Assembly (NCBI GenBank): GCA_964016885.1
Contig: OZ024747.1
Coordinates: 25,110,001-25,174,000, forward strand
DNA length: 64,000 nt
Reading direction: 5' to 3'
Source: Eledone cirrhosa
Lineage: Eukaryota
The position numbers and the translations under genes are program-made. The notes beneath the pieces were generated by a model. The model had not been told where the DNA came from, did not search any database, and saw only the letters and a list, made by a program, of their open reading frames with translations. Below, piece by piece: positions 36,222-50,050 of the stretch (the stretch's first letter is position 1; every line of letters starts with the position of its first letter).

Positions 36222-37589
36222 ATGCGTGCGCGCGTGTATGTGTGTGTATGTGTGTATCTATCTATGTATATATATATATAAGGGATACAGATATTGTTTG
36301 CTCACTGTCACTAAGCATCTCAATTCATTCGTTGCAACTAAGTTTGTGATCGAGGCACTTTATTTTGCAAGGTACTATTTTTCCCTTTGAGTTTGTGATT
36401 CCAGAGAAAGGTAAGAAATTCTTCATATTTTGCATCTTTTGTATTTTGACTTTACAGTTTGAATTGTAGAATTGTCTATCCACTCAAAATATTACAACAG
36501 CTAACAGTGAAATATAGAATTTTAAAAAAAAAGCTTTTTCGACTGAGATCAAATCTTTGAGAACATTCACGTCTATTTTTCAAAAATATATAATTTGAAA
36601 TAGCTTGCTTTTGTTTTGGACTGAAACTTTTTTGTATTTAATTCGTACGAGTATTTTTTTAAAGAATACTTTTTTAAAGATTTTTTTAAAGATTTTTTTA
36701 AAGAATCTAACATAATTTGATTTGGCCCAGTAATCAGTAGTATATTGAAAAATGGAAAAATAGGTGGGGGAGGGTGATTTCAAGGGGCAAAAGGGGGCGT
36801 TTGGCCGAAATGGGTTGAGAACCTGTGCAATGCGCTTTGCATGTAAGTGGAGTTCCACTAAAGCAAGTGGAGAAGTTTAAGTGTCTATGAGCTGTTTTTA
36901 CGAGTGATGGAAGGTAGGAGGCTGAATTTAATACAAGACATGCGCCAGCTTCGACAGTCATCAGAAGAAAGGAGGGAGCTCTAAAAACCAAACTCGCTAT
37001 CTTTGATTAGGTGTTCGTACCTACCATTACCTAAAATGGGGTTCATTCAAAGGGTCTTTGGAATAATTGTTTCTACTTTTGGCACAAGGCCAGCAATTAT
37101 CCCAGTGCATTACTGGTGCTTTATTTTATCGCACCCGTAAGGATGAAGGGCAAAGCTAACCTCGGTGGGATCTGAGCTCAGAGCGTAAAGGGCCATAATT
37201 CTATGCTGCAAAGCATGGTGTCTGACGCTCTGCTGATACTGCAAATCCCTTTGAAATAATTGTTTCTACTTTTTGGCACAAAGCCAGCAATTACCCAGTG
37301 CATTACTGGTACTTTATTTTATCGTTTCCTGTAGGGATGAAAGGCAAAGTTAACCTCGGCGGGATTTGAACTCTTTTGAAATAATTGTTTCTACTTTAGG
37401 CACAAGGCCAGCAATTATCCAGTGCATTACTGGTACTTTATTTTATCGACTCCGTAAGGATGAAAGGCAAAGTCAACCTCGGCGGGATTTGAACTCAGAT
37501 CGTAAAGGGACGTAACTATGCTGGAAAGCATGGCGTCCGACCCTCTACCGATACTGCCAATCCACTGAACTCTTTTGAAATAATATTAC

Positions 37590-39380
37590 CTGATAGGGCG
37601 CGCAGCTCAGAAATCAGGAAGTCGTTCCAGGTAGAGCCGTTACCTCTCTGCATCGGGAGATCTCATCTCTGAGACTACGGACACGTAGTCAAATATATTA
37701 AAGAATCACTGCTTTTTATACGTTTATTCTCAAGGCTATCCTTTCTACATATTGCATCGTATAGTGTTTTGGCCACTACATCATGCCTCATAATTGGAGA
37801 GTATTGTGATGATATCTTTGAACAACTGCTTATAATATGAGGGGGGTATCTTCAATGTTTATTCCACAGTCTGCATCTGTTGTCACATCTAGGTGTTTTG
37901 CTTGCATCCCTCTCTCTTTTGTGAATGAGGTATTTTGTTGTTATTTCCTGTCCTTGGATTGCAAAAGTATATCCTTCAAAGTGAGAGCCAATATAGCGGT
38001 TGTCAGTTCAATATAGACTGCCTTGCTTATCTATATTACTCTTACTTTGAAGCTTGCTAGCAACATAGCCAAGCATGATTTTTTGGCTGATAAGCATGCA
38101 GCTTTCCATCTATTCATTGCGATGTAGCTATGCAATTTCCCTGGGTGTGAGTTTTTGATTATCATGCAGAGAATATTTATCAAGGAGCTCCTAAACCTTA
38201 TGATGTTATCTACCTCACGACGACAGGTTTGTTCTATAGATGGGCTTCTGCGCTTAGTGGTTCGTAGATGTTGGAGGGATATAATGCAACACTCGAATGC
38301 TGTTTGAACTAATGCTAGGCCTCTGCTTCCGTTTACATTTCAGATAGAGGCGACCAATATCACTGTTGATGAGGATATTTCCAGGGCCGGTTAGAACTTA
38401 TCGGGGTTTAACATGGTTCGGATCTCATCTAGCGGCCAGTCAAGTGATCCAACGTTGGTGTTACAAAGGCACATCAAACACATTGTGCGTAGAGAGTTCA
38501 GAAGACCATATTTTTCTTATTCGGATGTTATATTCCTTGATTACTCGTTCCTTGTTACAAATACCATTACAGGATATATTTTCATCTATCCCTAAGTATC
38601 TGTAGCAGTGCTCATCAGATACTGGTGAAACAATCACGCCATTGATAGAGATGTTGCTAGATTAGCTTGTAGTTTTTCCTTGCTTTATAATATAGGAATA
38701 TTTATTCTGGCGAAACTTCATCCCAATATCTTTCGAGGTTAAGGTTTTTCTTCCTATCATTTATATTCTTGGCATACACATTCAGGTCGTCCACAAAGAC
38801 GTTATGTGTTAGATTGGTTTTTCTGACCTCGTGTGAACCAATTAAATAACCACATTTCTTCAGCATAAATGAGAAGGAGCTTATTGATAGTATAAATAGC
38901 ATCACAGAGAAACTCTCTCCTAATATATCGGTGACAGTATAGTCCTCCTTCTTTGTATTTAACTTCTGAATATGACCCAGGGTGAAGATAGGTTTTGTAT
39001 AGCCCTGTTTATGTTATCTGGGATTGTAACAATTCGAAGAGGCTCTTGCATCCAATAGTGGGGTACAGAATCAAATTCCTTCTTGTAATCCGGCCAGACT
39101 ATAACCAAATTCCTCTTTTGTCGCCGCACCTCTGAATCACAGTGTTGTTAATTGGGAGTTGCTCTGTATATACCCTAACTCCTTTCTTTCCATTTGCTCG
39201 CTCATTTGTGATGATATTGTTATTTGTCACAGTGATTCTAGAGGAATAGGTTCAGACAGCCTATATATATGTTATACATTAAATTCTGGTATGCAATCGA
39301 TTGGCAGTTTTTCGCCAATTAGATTTCTTTGTTTTAAAGAATAAGCTACACGTAAACAAAACTGTTATTGTTCCAACCAG
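37590..39380 (-). mobile_element. Degenerate R4/Dong-like (RLE-type) non-LTR retrotransposon
   Basis: Minus-strand fragments THNVFVDDLNVYAKN (RT), CRLC...HIISSCSKI...MRHDVVAK (CCHC and RHD motifs). Many stops and frameshifts. Confidence 0.7.
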
Positions 39381-40058
39381 TCCATTTACCTTCGATAACT
39401 ATCCTAAATATACATACACCTATACCACACATATATATACCATATACATATATAGAACAAATGCAAGCAATCGTCGAATGCCCTATGTGTAAATAAGGCA
39501 CTTGGAAAACAAAGCATCTAGAATACAAAACCGTCGGATTCCAACCTCGTGATTATTACATTCGTAAAAGTCGAGCCAATATTGAACTAAATGTCGTCTC
39601 TTCGCAGCTTGAATCCCAGTGCGGCTTCGTGGTTAACCCGAACCTTCCTAAGTGGCTTGAGACCTCTGCTGCCGATACCACGGTCTCATCTACCAAGATA
39701 TCATCGAATGTAGGAATTGGTGGCCCTCTTCACCTTGTCTACCTTCCCCAAAATGGCTTTGAGAACCGTCGCCGTGGTCTTTGGTGCCGAATTCAATCCG
39801 AACCTAAGTCTGGTCAAGCAGTATGCCTGGCCCTTATACCTGACCGGCTGACACTGCTACAGTTTCTCAGCTAGCTGAAACTGCAGACTTTAAGTCGACA
39901 ATCGTGGATGCCCCCCTAGCCCCACTTATTATATACATACTTGAATGTATTACATAATTAGAATTAAATAAAACACAAAGCTATTAAAGATAAAGAGCGA
40001 AACGACCAAAGACGAAGAATACAAAAAGTCCAGTTCCTGTTCCATATCCTATAAACCC

Positions 40059-40475
40059 TGTAGCAAGAGTTGCCTCCCTTGTTGTGACGATCACATCACC
40101 AGTAGCGCTCTCTAGACAGGAAGTAGCTGGAGTTACTTCCCGTCGAGGTGGCAGAACCTTCTTTGTCACTTCCGTCCAGGGACCCTATAAAAGAGACAGC
40201 TGAAAGCTGTCTCCCTCTCTTTTAACGTGCCTGGCCCTTCGGCCAGGCGCGTTCGCCGAGGCTATACTCTCTGGCAACCTGAACATGGTAATGTAAAGAC
40301 TTCTTGGTCTCTTGCGGGCTGACTTCAAAACGGTAAACAAATAACTTTAACTCATCCTTTCATCTCTCTTGGCATGTCAACTATTCTGCTCTACATAGCT
40401 CAACCTTGTTAAATAAACATTGTACATACAACCGAGTGTCTTATTATATTCATACAATCCAGTGTCGCTGTTATA
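40059..40475 (+). mobile_element. Solo LTR related to the 21280 family
   Basis: TGTAGCA...TGTTATA, TSD ACCC. Shares the CCTATAAAA box, GC hairpin and CAAAACGGTAA motif. Confidence 0.75.
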
Positions 40476-40566
40476 ACCCCAATACAAGTAAAATAACCAG
40501 ATTATAGATTAAGAAACAAGTAACATGAACCGAATTAATCCATGATGAAAATAATATATATATAAT

Positions 40567-40880
40567 ACAGTTCTCCCGGGTATTCGCGGGGATTACGTTC
40601 CTAGAGTACCAGCGAGGAGTGAAATCCGCGAATATTGGACGTGGTCCAAAACAATGCCTATAAACGTCAAAACATAACGTAAAATATAGGCCGGCAAATA
40701 CGGTATATTGTTATTAATAATATAGCATTAAAAAGCGTAAAAAAATATATATATTGCCATGGAAAAAAGCCATTAAAAATTCGCGGAAGATATTTACGAT
40801 TCCGCGAATATCCGGTGGGTTTCCACGAATAATTATTATTTAGGTTCTAAAAAAAATTCCGCGAACGACCGGGATCGTGA
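40567..40880. mobile_element. Tigger/pogo-like MITE relic (related piece near 15998-16050)
   Basis: TA-CAGTT...CC...GTATTCGCG terminus and repeated CCGCGAA motifs. Confidence 0.45.
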
Positions 40881-41336
40881 ATGTCAGGGGTACAGCGTCA
40901 AACTGAGGGTCCCCCGAGGGCCACATGGGTCACATATGTGTTGTCTGAGGGCCACATATGACAACTAATTGTACACATTACCACTAAAACATGCTCGCGC
41001 TGTAAAAACCTTTGTGCGGGTCGCAGGTCTGCTTGTAAAGGGCCTGCGGCCCGCGAGCCGTATGTTTGACAAACCTGCTGTATATGATATCAGAAGATAT
41101 ATTATAACTAATAGGCAATGCAAGAGGTATATATCTCAGTGGTATTATTAATATTAATACGGACTGAGTTCAAATCCCGCCGAGGTTAACTTTGCCTTTC
41201 ATCCTTACGGGGTCGATAAAATAAAGTACCAGTAATACACTAGGGTAATTGCTGGCCTTGTGCCAAATGTAGAAACAATTATTAATATAAAATAAAAACT
41301 CGAGTGCAAACCAAGATTAATTGAATATGCAAGCAC

Positions 41337-41377
<41 letters not shown>

Positions 41378-43600
41378 AATCATTTTTTCATTACCATTAA
41401 AAGGGGTCTGATAAGCCGTGGATTACAGAGTTGGGCTAGATCGATACAGATCGATCCTTGAGCTGATCGGTGGCGAAACGTGCGCCACCAACCAATAAAC
41501 GTAATGAAGGAGTAACCACTCGTCCTTGTTTTATTTTATCATACTACACTCTGTCTAGCTCTACACCTCGACACCTCGACACAGAAGTGAACCTAAACAT
41601 CGAGTGTTCGCCCGGGTGAACCTACAATAACTCCGCGTTACACTCCCTGGATATATAATATATATATATATATTAGTGGCGAAGGGTAACCTGGAAAGCA
41701 GGGCTTGCAGTCCAATAGCCATGCATGGCGGAAAGTGGAGCTGTGCAGCCTTATCCCCCCCCCCCCCCATTCCCTCTAAATGACCCTCCCGGTCAAAGAC
41801 GCGTGTAGTGTTATCTAGTGTGTGTGTGTTACCTTTTTATGTGTCTACAATTTAGTAAGCAGTCAAAATTCTGCTTGCCCCAAAGCTGTCGTGTGTATGT
41901 GTATGTGTGTGTGTTATCTTTTTTTGTGTCTATACGTTTAAGTAAGCAGCCAAAATTCTGCTTGCTTCAACCGACGCAATTGATCAACTCAAGATTCTAT
42001 AACGCATGCACTGCATGCGTTGCATTCACGGACCCTTCGCCCTGATATATATATATATATATATATATATAAGCACAAAATATACAAGCTAAAACATTCA
42101 ACCATGTAATTTGAGAATAGCAACAAAACAAAATCTAACGAAACAAGACTTACCCGTCCGTTTTGTCTGGTTATTGCTGACAAAGTAAGAGAACCAGCCC
42201 TTTAGCACTTAGTTCCCCGATGTCATCGGTCAAGCATCGGTCAAACGAATACCAACAAAGGTTTATAGAATTTTGCTATCCCAAAGCAAAGTTAAATTCT
42301 AAGTATGTCACCATAGCATGCAGTTTAAGGTCCTACAGTTTCGATGTACTACTCACGTCAAATATATGAAAATTTACTTAGATTTACAAATAAATTAAAT
42401 TAAGAATAAATTAAAATAAATTCAGACCATACGTTTTCCAAAGAAAACTGAAACCAACCTCCTTTTTTAGATAACAATTTTGAAGGATTTATCTTAAATA
42501 CGTTAAGCTTCTATCTACTACTTTAAGGCATGTAAGTTAAATTTCAAAGTCCTATGGAAGCAAAGAAACGGAAATTTCCGTCGTCTCTTGTGCGACCGTT
42601 AATCCTTTGAATGTAAGAATGTTTTACAGATTTTGAAGATTCCAGATATTTGTATCTTATGTATTAAGGTGCTGTGTTCTTTCTCCAAAATCCAAATTCA
42701 ATCATAATTTGGTCCATGCGAATTCATGTATATTCTACACCCCCAATAATAAGTGTTTCTACTTTGGGCACAAGGCCAACAATTAACCCAGTACATTACT
42801 GGTGCATTAATTTATTAACCCCATAAGGATGAAAGGCAAAGTTAACCGTAGCGGGATTTGAACTCAGAAAGTTAAGGGACGTAACTCTATGCCACAGAGC
42901 AGGGTGTCCGACGCTCTACCGATACTGTCAATCCAAAATAATGATTTCTAGTATAGGCACAAGGCCAGTAATTTTTTTTTTTGGGGGGGGGGAGTTGATT
43001 AAATCGACCCCAGTACGTTATTGGTGCTTTATTTTATCGACCCCGTAAGGATGAAAGGAAAAGTTAACCTAGGCGGGATTTGAACTCATACCATAAAGGG
43101 CCGTAACTCTATGCCGCAGAGCATGGTGTCCGACGCTCCACCGATACTGCCAATCCAAAATAATAATTGTTTCTACTTTTGGCACAAGGCCAGCAATAAC
43201 CCAGTGCATTACTGGTACTTTATTTTTATCGACCCCCGTAAGGATGAAGGCAAGGAGATTTGAACTCAGAATGGAAAGGGCCGTAACTCTATGCGTCAAA
43301 ACATGGCGTCTGACCCTCTACCGATACTGCCAATCCACAGGTATAAAACTTAATGTGTATTTTCGGTATTGGATCAACAAACTCCTCCATAGTCTGTAGA
43401 TATCGTCTTTCTCTTCCATTTTTGACTACATTAACATCAAGTGGGCAACTGGCTTCTAAACAGAACATGTTTTTATACATACACATATATATAAATATAT
43501 TTGTGAGAAATTGAAAATAAATAAACCTAGAAGAACGTACGTACATACATACATACATACATACATACATACATACATACATACATACATACATACATAC

Positions 43601-45478
43601 ATGGTGGCTGCCAACTCGTTTACGAGTACAGCCACTACTTTATATCCATGTAGGAGAACTCCCACCGATGCGCTGAACGAGTGTGACTTTTTAGTCCAGA
43701 CAGCGACTTGAAAACTCTGGTACAAACACTACACTTGTGACAATTATTGACACATAGTGCTGGGCCCATGGTACATGTGACGACAAGTGCAGAGAGATCT
43801 CCAGATATAAAGCAATGCCTGTGCCGTGAAGCTTTTATAGTGAGCAAAGGCACTGCACAAAGCCAGTCCCACTCTCTTAACCAAGATGATATTTACCAAA
43901 AAGAAGATACATACATGCATACATGGGATAGTAACTACCTTAGAAGCTGAGCTTCACAGAAACACAAAGAACATGACTAGCTAGGAAATTACAAATACAA
44001 TCCATTAATGGAACAGTAAAAAGTCTGCATCTAATAGCTGCATATACACTTGTACAGATATAAAGCATATGCACATGCACACATACAACTCAAAACATAC
44101 ACATCCTCACTTGCAATAACATCCATACCTGCACACACATGCATGCAGACATGCATACATATCTACCTAGTTGATGTGTAACTTCCAATGAGAGAGGCTT
44201 GTATCTATGTTAGAAACCAGCTCTCTCTCTATTGGCACAAATTTGTGGAATTATAAAACCAGAAGAACATACATACATACATGGTGGCTGCCAACTCATT
44301 TTCGAGTATGGCCACTACTTTATATCCATGTAGGAGAACCCCTACCGATGCACTTAATGAGTGTGACTTTTTAGTCCAGCAAGTGACTTGAAAACTCTGG
44401 TACAAACACTACACTTGTGACAATTATTGACACATAGTGCTGGGCCCATGGTACCATGTGACGACAAGTGCAGAGAGATCTCCAGATATAAAGCAATGCC
44501 TGTGCCATGAAACTTTTATAGTGAGCAAAGGTCTACACAAAGCCAGTCCCACTCTCTTAACCAAGATATTTACCAAAAAGAAGAACAAGTCAACATCATT
44601 GGATACCATCAGAGTTGCAGGTGTTATATCAGAGTTTTCCTTCTCCTAGAATTCTGCCTTGACAAAGGCTAAGGGGTCATCTCTCCCGGTGATTTTGGAT
44701 GGCCATTGACTCTTAAGAGCTCCTTTGCCCTTTGATAGGTTTTGTTTTTAGTCCTGCAGGATGTCCAAAGTCACCCTCCTCACCAAGAAACCTTGGTGGG
44801 GTTGCTAGTTTAGTCGCCAACGACCCGACCATGAGACAGGTTGTACTGGGATACATGTTACCAGTAGCACCAACCGGTGACCTGACATACATACATACAT
44901 ACATGGTGGCTGCCAACTCGTTTTCGAGTACAGCCACTACTTTATATCCATGTAGGAGAACCCCTACCGATGCACTGAACGAGTGTGACTTTTTAGTCCA
45001 GCCAGCGACTTGAAAACTCTGGTACAAATACTACACTTGTAACAATTATTGACACATAGGGCTAAGCCCATGGTTCCATGTGACGACAAGTGCAGAGAGA
45101 TCTCCAGATATAAAGCAATGCCTGTGCCGTGAAGCTTTTATAGTGAGCAAAGGCACTGCACAAAGCCAGTCCCACTCTCTTAACCAAGATGATATGTACC
45201 AAAAAGAAGAACAAGTCAACATCATTGGATACCATCAGGGTTGCAGGTGTTATATCAGAGTTTTCCTTCTCCTAGAATTCTGCCTTGACAAAGGCTAAGG
45301 GGTCATCTCTCCCGGTGATTTTGGATGGCCATTCACTCTTAAGCGCTCCTTTGCCCTTTGATAGGTTTTGTTTTTAGTCCTGCAGGATGTCCAAAGTCAC
45401 CCTCCTCACCAAGAAACCTTGGTGGGGTTGCCAGTTTAGTCGCTAATGACCCGACCATGAGACAGGTTGTACTGGGAT
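43601..45478 (-). mobile_element. Three bipartite RTE-derived non-autonomous elements (43601-43906, 44281-44885, 44902-45478), each bounded by (TACA)n
   Basis: Shared 3' end encoding HKCSVCTRVFKSLSGLKSHTRSAH (RTE C-terminal C2H2-like) joined to an RTE-like 5' UTR (GGAGAAGGAAAACTCTGA). No RT. (ATGT)n tails. Confidence 0.72.
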
Positions 45479-45739
45479 ACATACATACATACATACATAC
45501 ATACATACATACATTTACAGCCGGGATGGAGAATTGGGTGTAACACTAGGTGTAGAGTTCTGACCTTGACTGAAATCTGTTGTTTATTGTCTCTCTTACA
45601 GAAACTCTTTCTTTTTTTATTATTTCTAACAGTGATAAGGATTCCATGAAGACAAACAGTAAACAATTAAACTGAAAGCTTAACTGCTAAACTATATATC
45701 TCAAGTAAAGTGCATGATTATTCTTTTTTTTTTCCTTTC

Positions 45740-47050
45740 TACGCAGCATTAACAACAATACAAACCACAGAAAAGTTTTAAAAAAGAGACAAAATTATGA
45801 AACCCTGGATGAAGCAAAGGATAGAGAGTGACATTAAAACATTGCATAAAAACATCAACAGAATTGATTGTTGGCTGAGAGGTGTGTGGAGAAGAGGAAG
45901 GGAATGGCATAAAGAAAGGCTTGAGACAGATGCACAAAGAATGTTTCAGTTCCAACAGAACAGATTATATGAAAGTAGTCAAATGATGTTTGTTTTTTTT
46001 TCAAAGCCTAATGGGTGATGGTGCTAAAGATGTACCACCTGATCCACATGAAACTACAACCTCATTAAGTGACCTGTGGGGAACACATGTGAACCACAAT
46101 ATAAACGCTGAGTTGATTGGTGATATCCAGAGACAACTTGTAGAAATACCCAAACAGGACCCAGTTGCAATCAATACACAGACTAAAAGATTGTGAAACT
46201 GGAAAGCTCCAGAACCAGATGGCATTCATGGCTACTAGATTAAATATTTTAATGTACTGCAAAAAAATTATTGATATCTATCTTAATGAATGTGTTGCAA
46301 TGAGTGGAATGTCGGTGGGTGTGAAGGTTGGACTTCCCTTAGTAAGAAGGACCTTACAAAAGGTTCTGTAGCTGGAAATTACAGGTCTATTGCCTGTTTA
46401 AACCTACTTTAAAAATTGTTGGCTGGAATACTATCTGAGAAAACATAACATCACCTATTAACCAACAGTCTCTTCTCTATAGAACAAAAAGGCTGCAGAA
46501 AAAATCCATGGGAACAAAGGATCATCTTATTATAGACAACATAGTGACTGTAAATCCCAGAGGACAAACCTGAATACAACATGGAGAACTTTAAGAAAGC
46601 TTACAATATGGTGCACCATTTGTGGATTCTTGAATATACAAAGATATTTGAGGTGGCAAATAATCTAAGCAAATTGATAGACTCTAGCATGAACGATTCA
46701 AGAACTAATTTGTACTCATACAATAGGTTCCTAGGAAATGTGAACATAAATCGAGGTATTTTTTCAGGACAACCACTTTTCCTCCTAGCTCTTTTTCATT
46801 TTTCTCATCCAAATGTGATCAGTGCTGAGGAAAGTAAGGACAGGGTATAAGTCGGGGAAAGATATTTCTAATCTATCTATAAACCACCTGTTGTTTATGG
46901 ATGATTTGAAAAGTCTGAAACAAAAATAGAATTGCTAGTATAGACAGTCTGGAGGTCCATAGAATTTGGAACACAAAATGTGCAGGTGTCAACATGAAAA
47001 GGGAGGAAAAGATCCATGTAACTGGCATTGAATTACAATCTAGTGAATGA
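45740..47050 (+). mobile_element. Degenerate R4/Dong-like RT relic
   Basis: Fragments NWKAPEPDGIHGY, NYRSIACLNLL, EQKGCRK, KKAYNMVHHLWI and NHLLFMDDLK with frameshifts. Confidence 0.72.
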
Positions 47051-47424
47051 TTAATGCTTCTGTGGTCTTGTCTGCAGGATGGACACAGCCGCTCTACCAC
47101 CACACCCTAGGCCCAGAGCCCATTCATCCCCCTTCCCTCTTCTGTGACACTAGAATTCTTGCCATTCCCTCCCCTTCCCGGTTTTTTTCTCTTTTCTCTC
47201 TTTTTTCTCAATATTTTCAATCTAAATTTTCTGTTTTTCCTTTTCTATTAAACTGTATTTTCATGATATATTCCATAAACAGAAAAATGTCAACTAAATA
47301 AATAAATATATATATGTTATTACTCTAAGGACCTACCCTTATTGAGTGCTTTGCTAACTCATTCCTATTGTAGGTCGACTTTGCTTGCCCACAGCGAAAG
47401 CTTCGATTTTACTAAGCTTCAACT

Positions 47425-47459
<35 letters not shown>

Positions 47460-47484
47460 ATATTTATATATCTATCTAAGAATC

Positions 47485-47824
47485 TGTAGCGGTTGTCTCC
47501 CTTGTTGTGACTCACAACCCCAATAGATTAACAACATCTAGACGGGAAGTAGAACCCTTTCTGTAACTTCCGACAGAGCCCTATAAAACGAATAGCCTTT
47601 GGCTCTCTCCCTCTCATTTGCCCTTCCGGCGCCTGGCCTTCGCCAGGCGTCTCGCGTTTGCCTGGCAATCAAAACGGTAACTACTAACTTTGCTTCATTC
47701 TATCATCTATTACTTTGACATGTCAACTATACTGTTCTATCTATATCCATGATTGTTAATTAAATATTATACACACAAACCATGTCTCTTTGTTACATTC
47801 ATACAACCCAGTATCTTCGCTATA
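47485..47824 (+). mobile_element. Solo LTR of the 21280 family
   Basis: TGTAGCG...CGCTATA, TSD AATC, colinear with 21280-21646. Confidence 0.85.
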
Positions 47825-48316
47825 AATCCTAGAGATTGATGAGATATTGCATGTACTAATGAAAGTACAAACTGCATGAAAGAAACTTGATTCTTGCTGT
47901 AAAAAAAAAACCCCGAGCTGTATCTGTTATATGGTACTAAGTATAACTAAGACTGAGGTTGTTGGAAGAATTTGCATGGCCAATTTGATTTATAAACATC
48001 TGTGCATTATGTGCAGATGAGTTTCATTGGTGTTCCACACATATATTTTCAAAGCAACAAGAAATGTAGATAAAGTTCATAAATGAATTTGATAATCAGG
48101 GAAACAAGTGGATAATTCAATGGTATTGGGGGCTGAGTACACAATGAATTAATGAAGTTGTTTATCAGACAGGAAATTATGTTGTGCTACTATTATTTCA
48201 AGGAGTGTTTTTGAAATGTCAACCGAATGTACTTAAGTTACACACGTTAGTCTTTATAAGGAACTTGCTAACATTTTTGTATTTCGGTGAGGAAATAGGA
48301 TCGGTCTGGTCTACGT

Positions 48317-48491
48317 CAGTGGTTCTCAACCTTTTTTTACTCGTGGAACCCTTTTGCCTTATTTTTTTTGGGGGGTGGACCCCCTCATAACTATTTGACA
48401 AAAGAAAAGCTTATTCTATTTTTTGCCTGTGGACCCCCAGGAATATTACATAGACCCCAGGGTCCATGTGGACCCCGGTTGAGAACCACTG
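48317..48491. mobile_element. hAT (Charlie-like) MITE
   Basis: TIR CAGTGGTTCTCAACC/GGTTGAGAACCACTG with a perfect 8-bp TSD GTCTACGT. Confidence 0.9.
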
Positions 48492-48844
48492 GTCTACGTG
48501 ATGAGGTAGTACTCACAGCCTTTACATGCACTGATAGAGCCAGTCCAGAGATACCCAAGCATTGCCTAGACTCCCAGTAACCCACCTTGCCTAGGTTAGC
48601 AGAATTTAATCTTAACATGATGATGTTCATGATTATACTTTCTCAGAAACAGATTAATTATATGGATATTAGGCAATGCCTAGTGTGTTGATGCAATGAA
48701 TGAAAAAAAAATCAGCTGAAAAAAGAATGTTTAAAAATAGTGAAAATCATAGCCACTACAAGATTGAAATGAAAATGAAATGCACAGTAGTGGAGCAGTG
48801 ATTACATGCCTCTCTGTACCAAGTAATATTTTAGTCAGTATCAC

Positions 48845-50050
48845 ATCAGCAATAAAAACATACATCTGGCCATCAGCAGACAGCTAGCTTGTTATCCAGA
48901 GTCACTTTAGCTGAGCAGTGAAAACACACCTTTGGCTCTCACCAGTTGGCAATCTGTTACTCAGTGCCAACTTAGCTGAGCAGTGAAAACATGCTGCTGG
49001 CTCTCAGCAGTCAACAGTTTGTTAGTCAGTGACCCCTTTGCTGAGCAGTGAAAGCATACATGTGGTCCTCAGTGGTTTTTTACACACCTCTAGCTATCAG
49101 CGGTAGACAGTCTGTTAGCAAGTGTCACCTCAGCCAAGCAGTGAAAACAAACTTCTGATCTACAGCAGCCAGTAGTTTGTTAAATAATTGTTTCTACTTT
49201 TGGCACAAGGCCAGCAATTATCCCAGTGTATTACTGGTACTTTATTTTATCGACCCCGTAAGAATGAAAAGGCAAAGTTAACCTCGGCGGGATTTGAACT
49301 CAGACCATAAAGGGCCGTAACTCTTTGCTGCAAAGCATGGCGTCAGTAGTTTGTTAAATAATGTTGCCTTAACCCTTTAGCATTCACATTACTCTATATT
49401 TACTCTAGTATTTTTGCAGTAAAGGCTTTATCTCATATAATTATCTCACATAATATCGAATCTATGAGATTTTGATGGGGTTTTTTTTAGAATAATACCT
49501 TAACATCAGTATGAGTGGCCAGTTATAGCCAATTTTAACAGCAAGAGTTGAGAAAATTTTGGCCAGATATGACCAGTTAACTGAACAGTGAAAACATACC
49601 TCTTGCCATCAGCAGTCAGTAGTTTGTTAGTCAATGTCAGCTGAGTAGTGAAAACACATCTTTAGCCCTCAGCAGTCAGCAGTCAGTTAATTAATATTAC
49701 CTAAGCTGAATAGTGAAAACACATCTTTGGCCCTCAGCAATTTGTTAATTGATGTTATCTTAGCTAAGCAGGGAAAACACACCTCAGGGCCTCAGCTGTT
49801 AATTATCAGTTACCTTGTGCTATCTTAGCTGAACAATGAAAGTGTGCCTCTGGCCCTCAGCAGTCAGCTGTGTTATTCAGTTTCACCATATCTGAGCAAC
49901 AAAATGATGCTTCTGGCTCTCAGCAGTCTGCTATTTTGTGTCATCTAAGCTGAGTTGTGAAAACACACCTCTTGTCCTCAGCAGTCAACAGTCTGTTAGT
50001 AAATGTCAACTTAGCTGAGCAATAAAAACAAGCCTCTGACCCTCAGCAAT
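48845..50050 (+). repeat. Degenerate tandem repeat of about 65 bp, interrupted by a SINE and a MITE
   Basis: Recurring AGCTGAGCAGTGAAAACAC...CTCAGCAGTC...TGTTA at about 65-bp spacing. Confidence 0.8.

Noticed and set aside
36073-36223. N-terminal extension (MRTHTHTH...) of the 774-aa RT ORF
   Set aside because: Translation of flanking (CA)n and (GATA)n repeats. Homology to the element ends near 36072.
43635-43853. C2H2 zinc-finger-like ORF as a host transcription factor
   Set aside because: Single finger repeated in three element copies and followed by an (ATGT)n tail. Fits an RTE ORF C-terminus.
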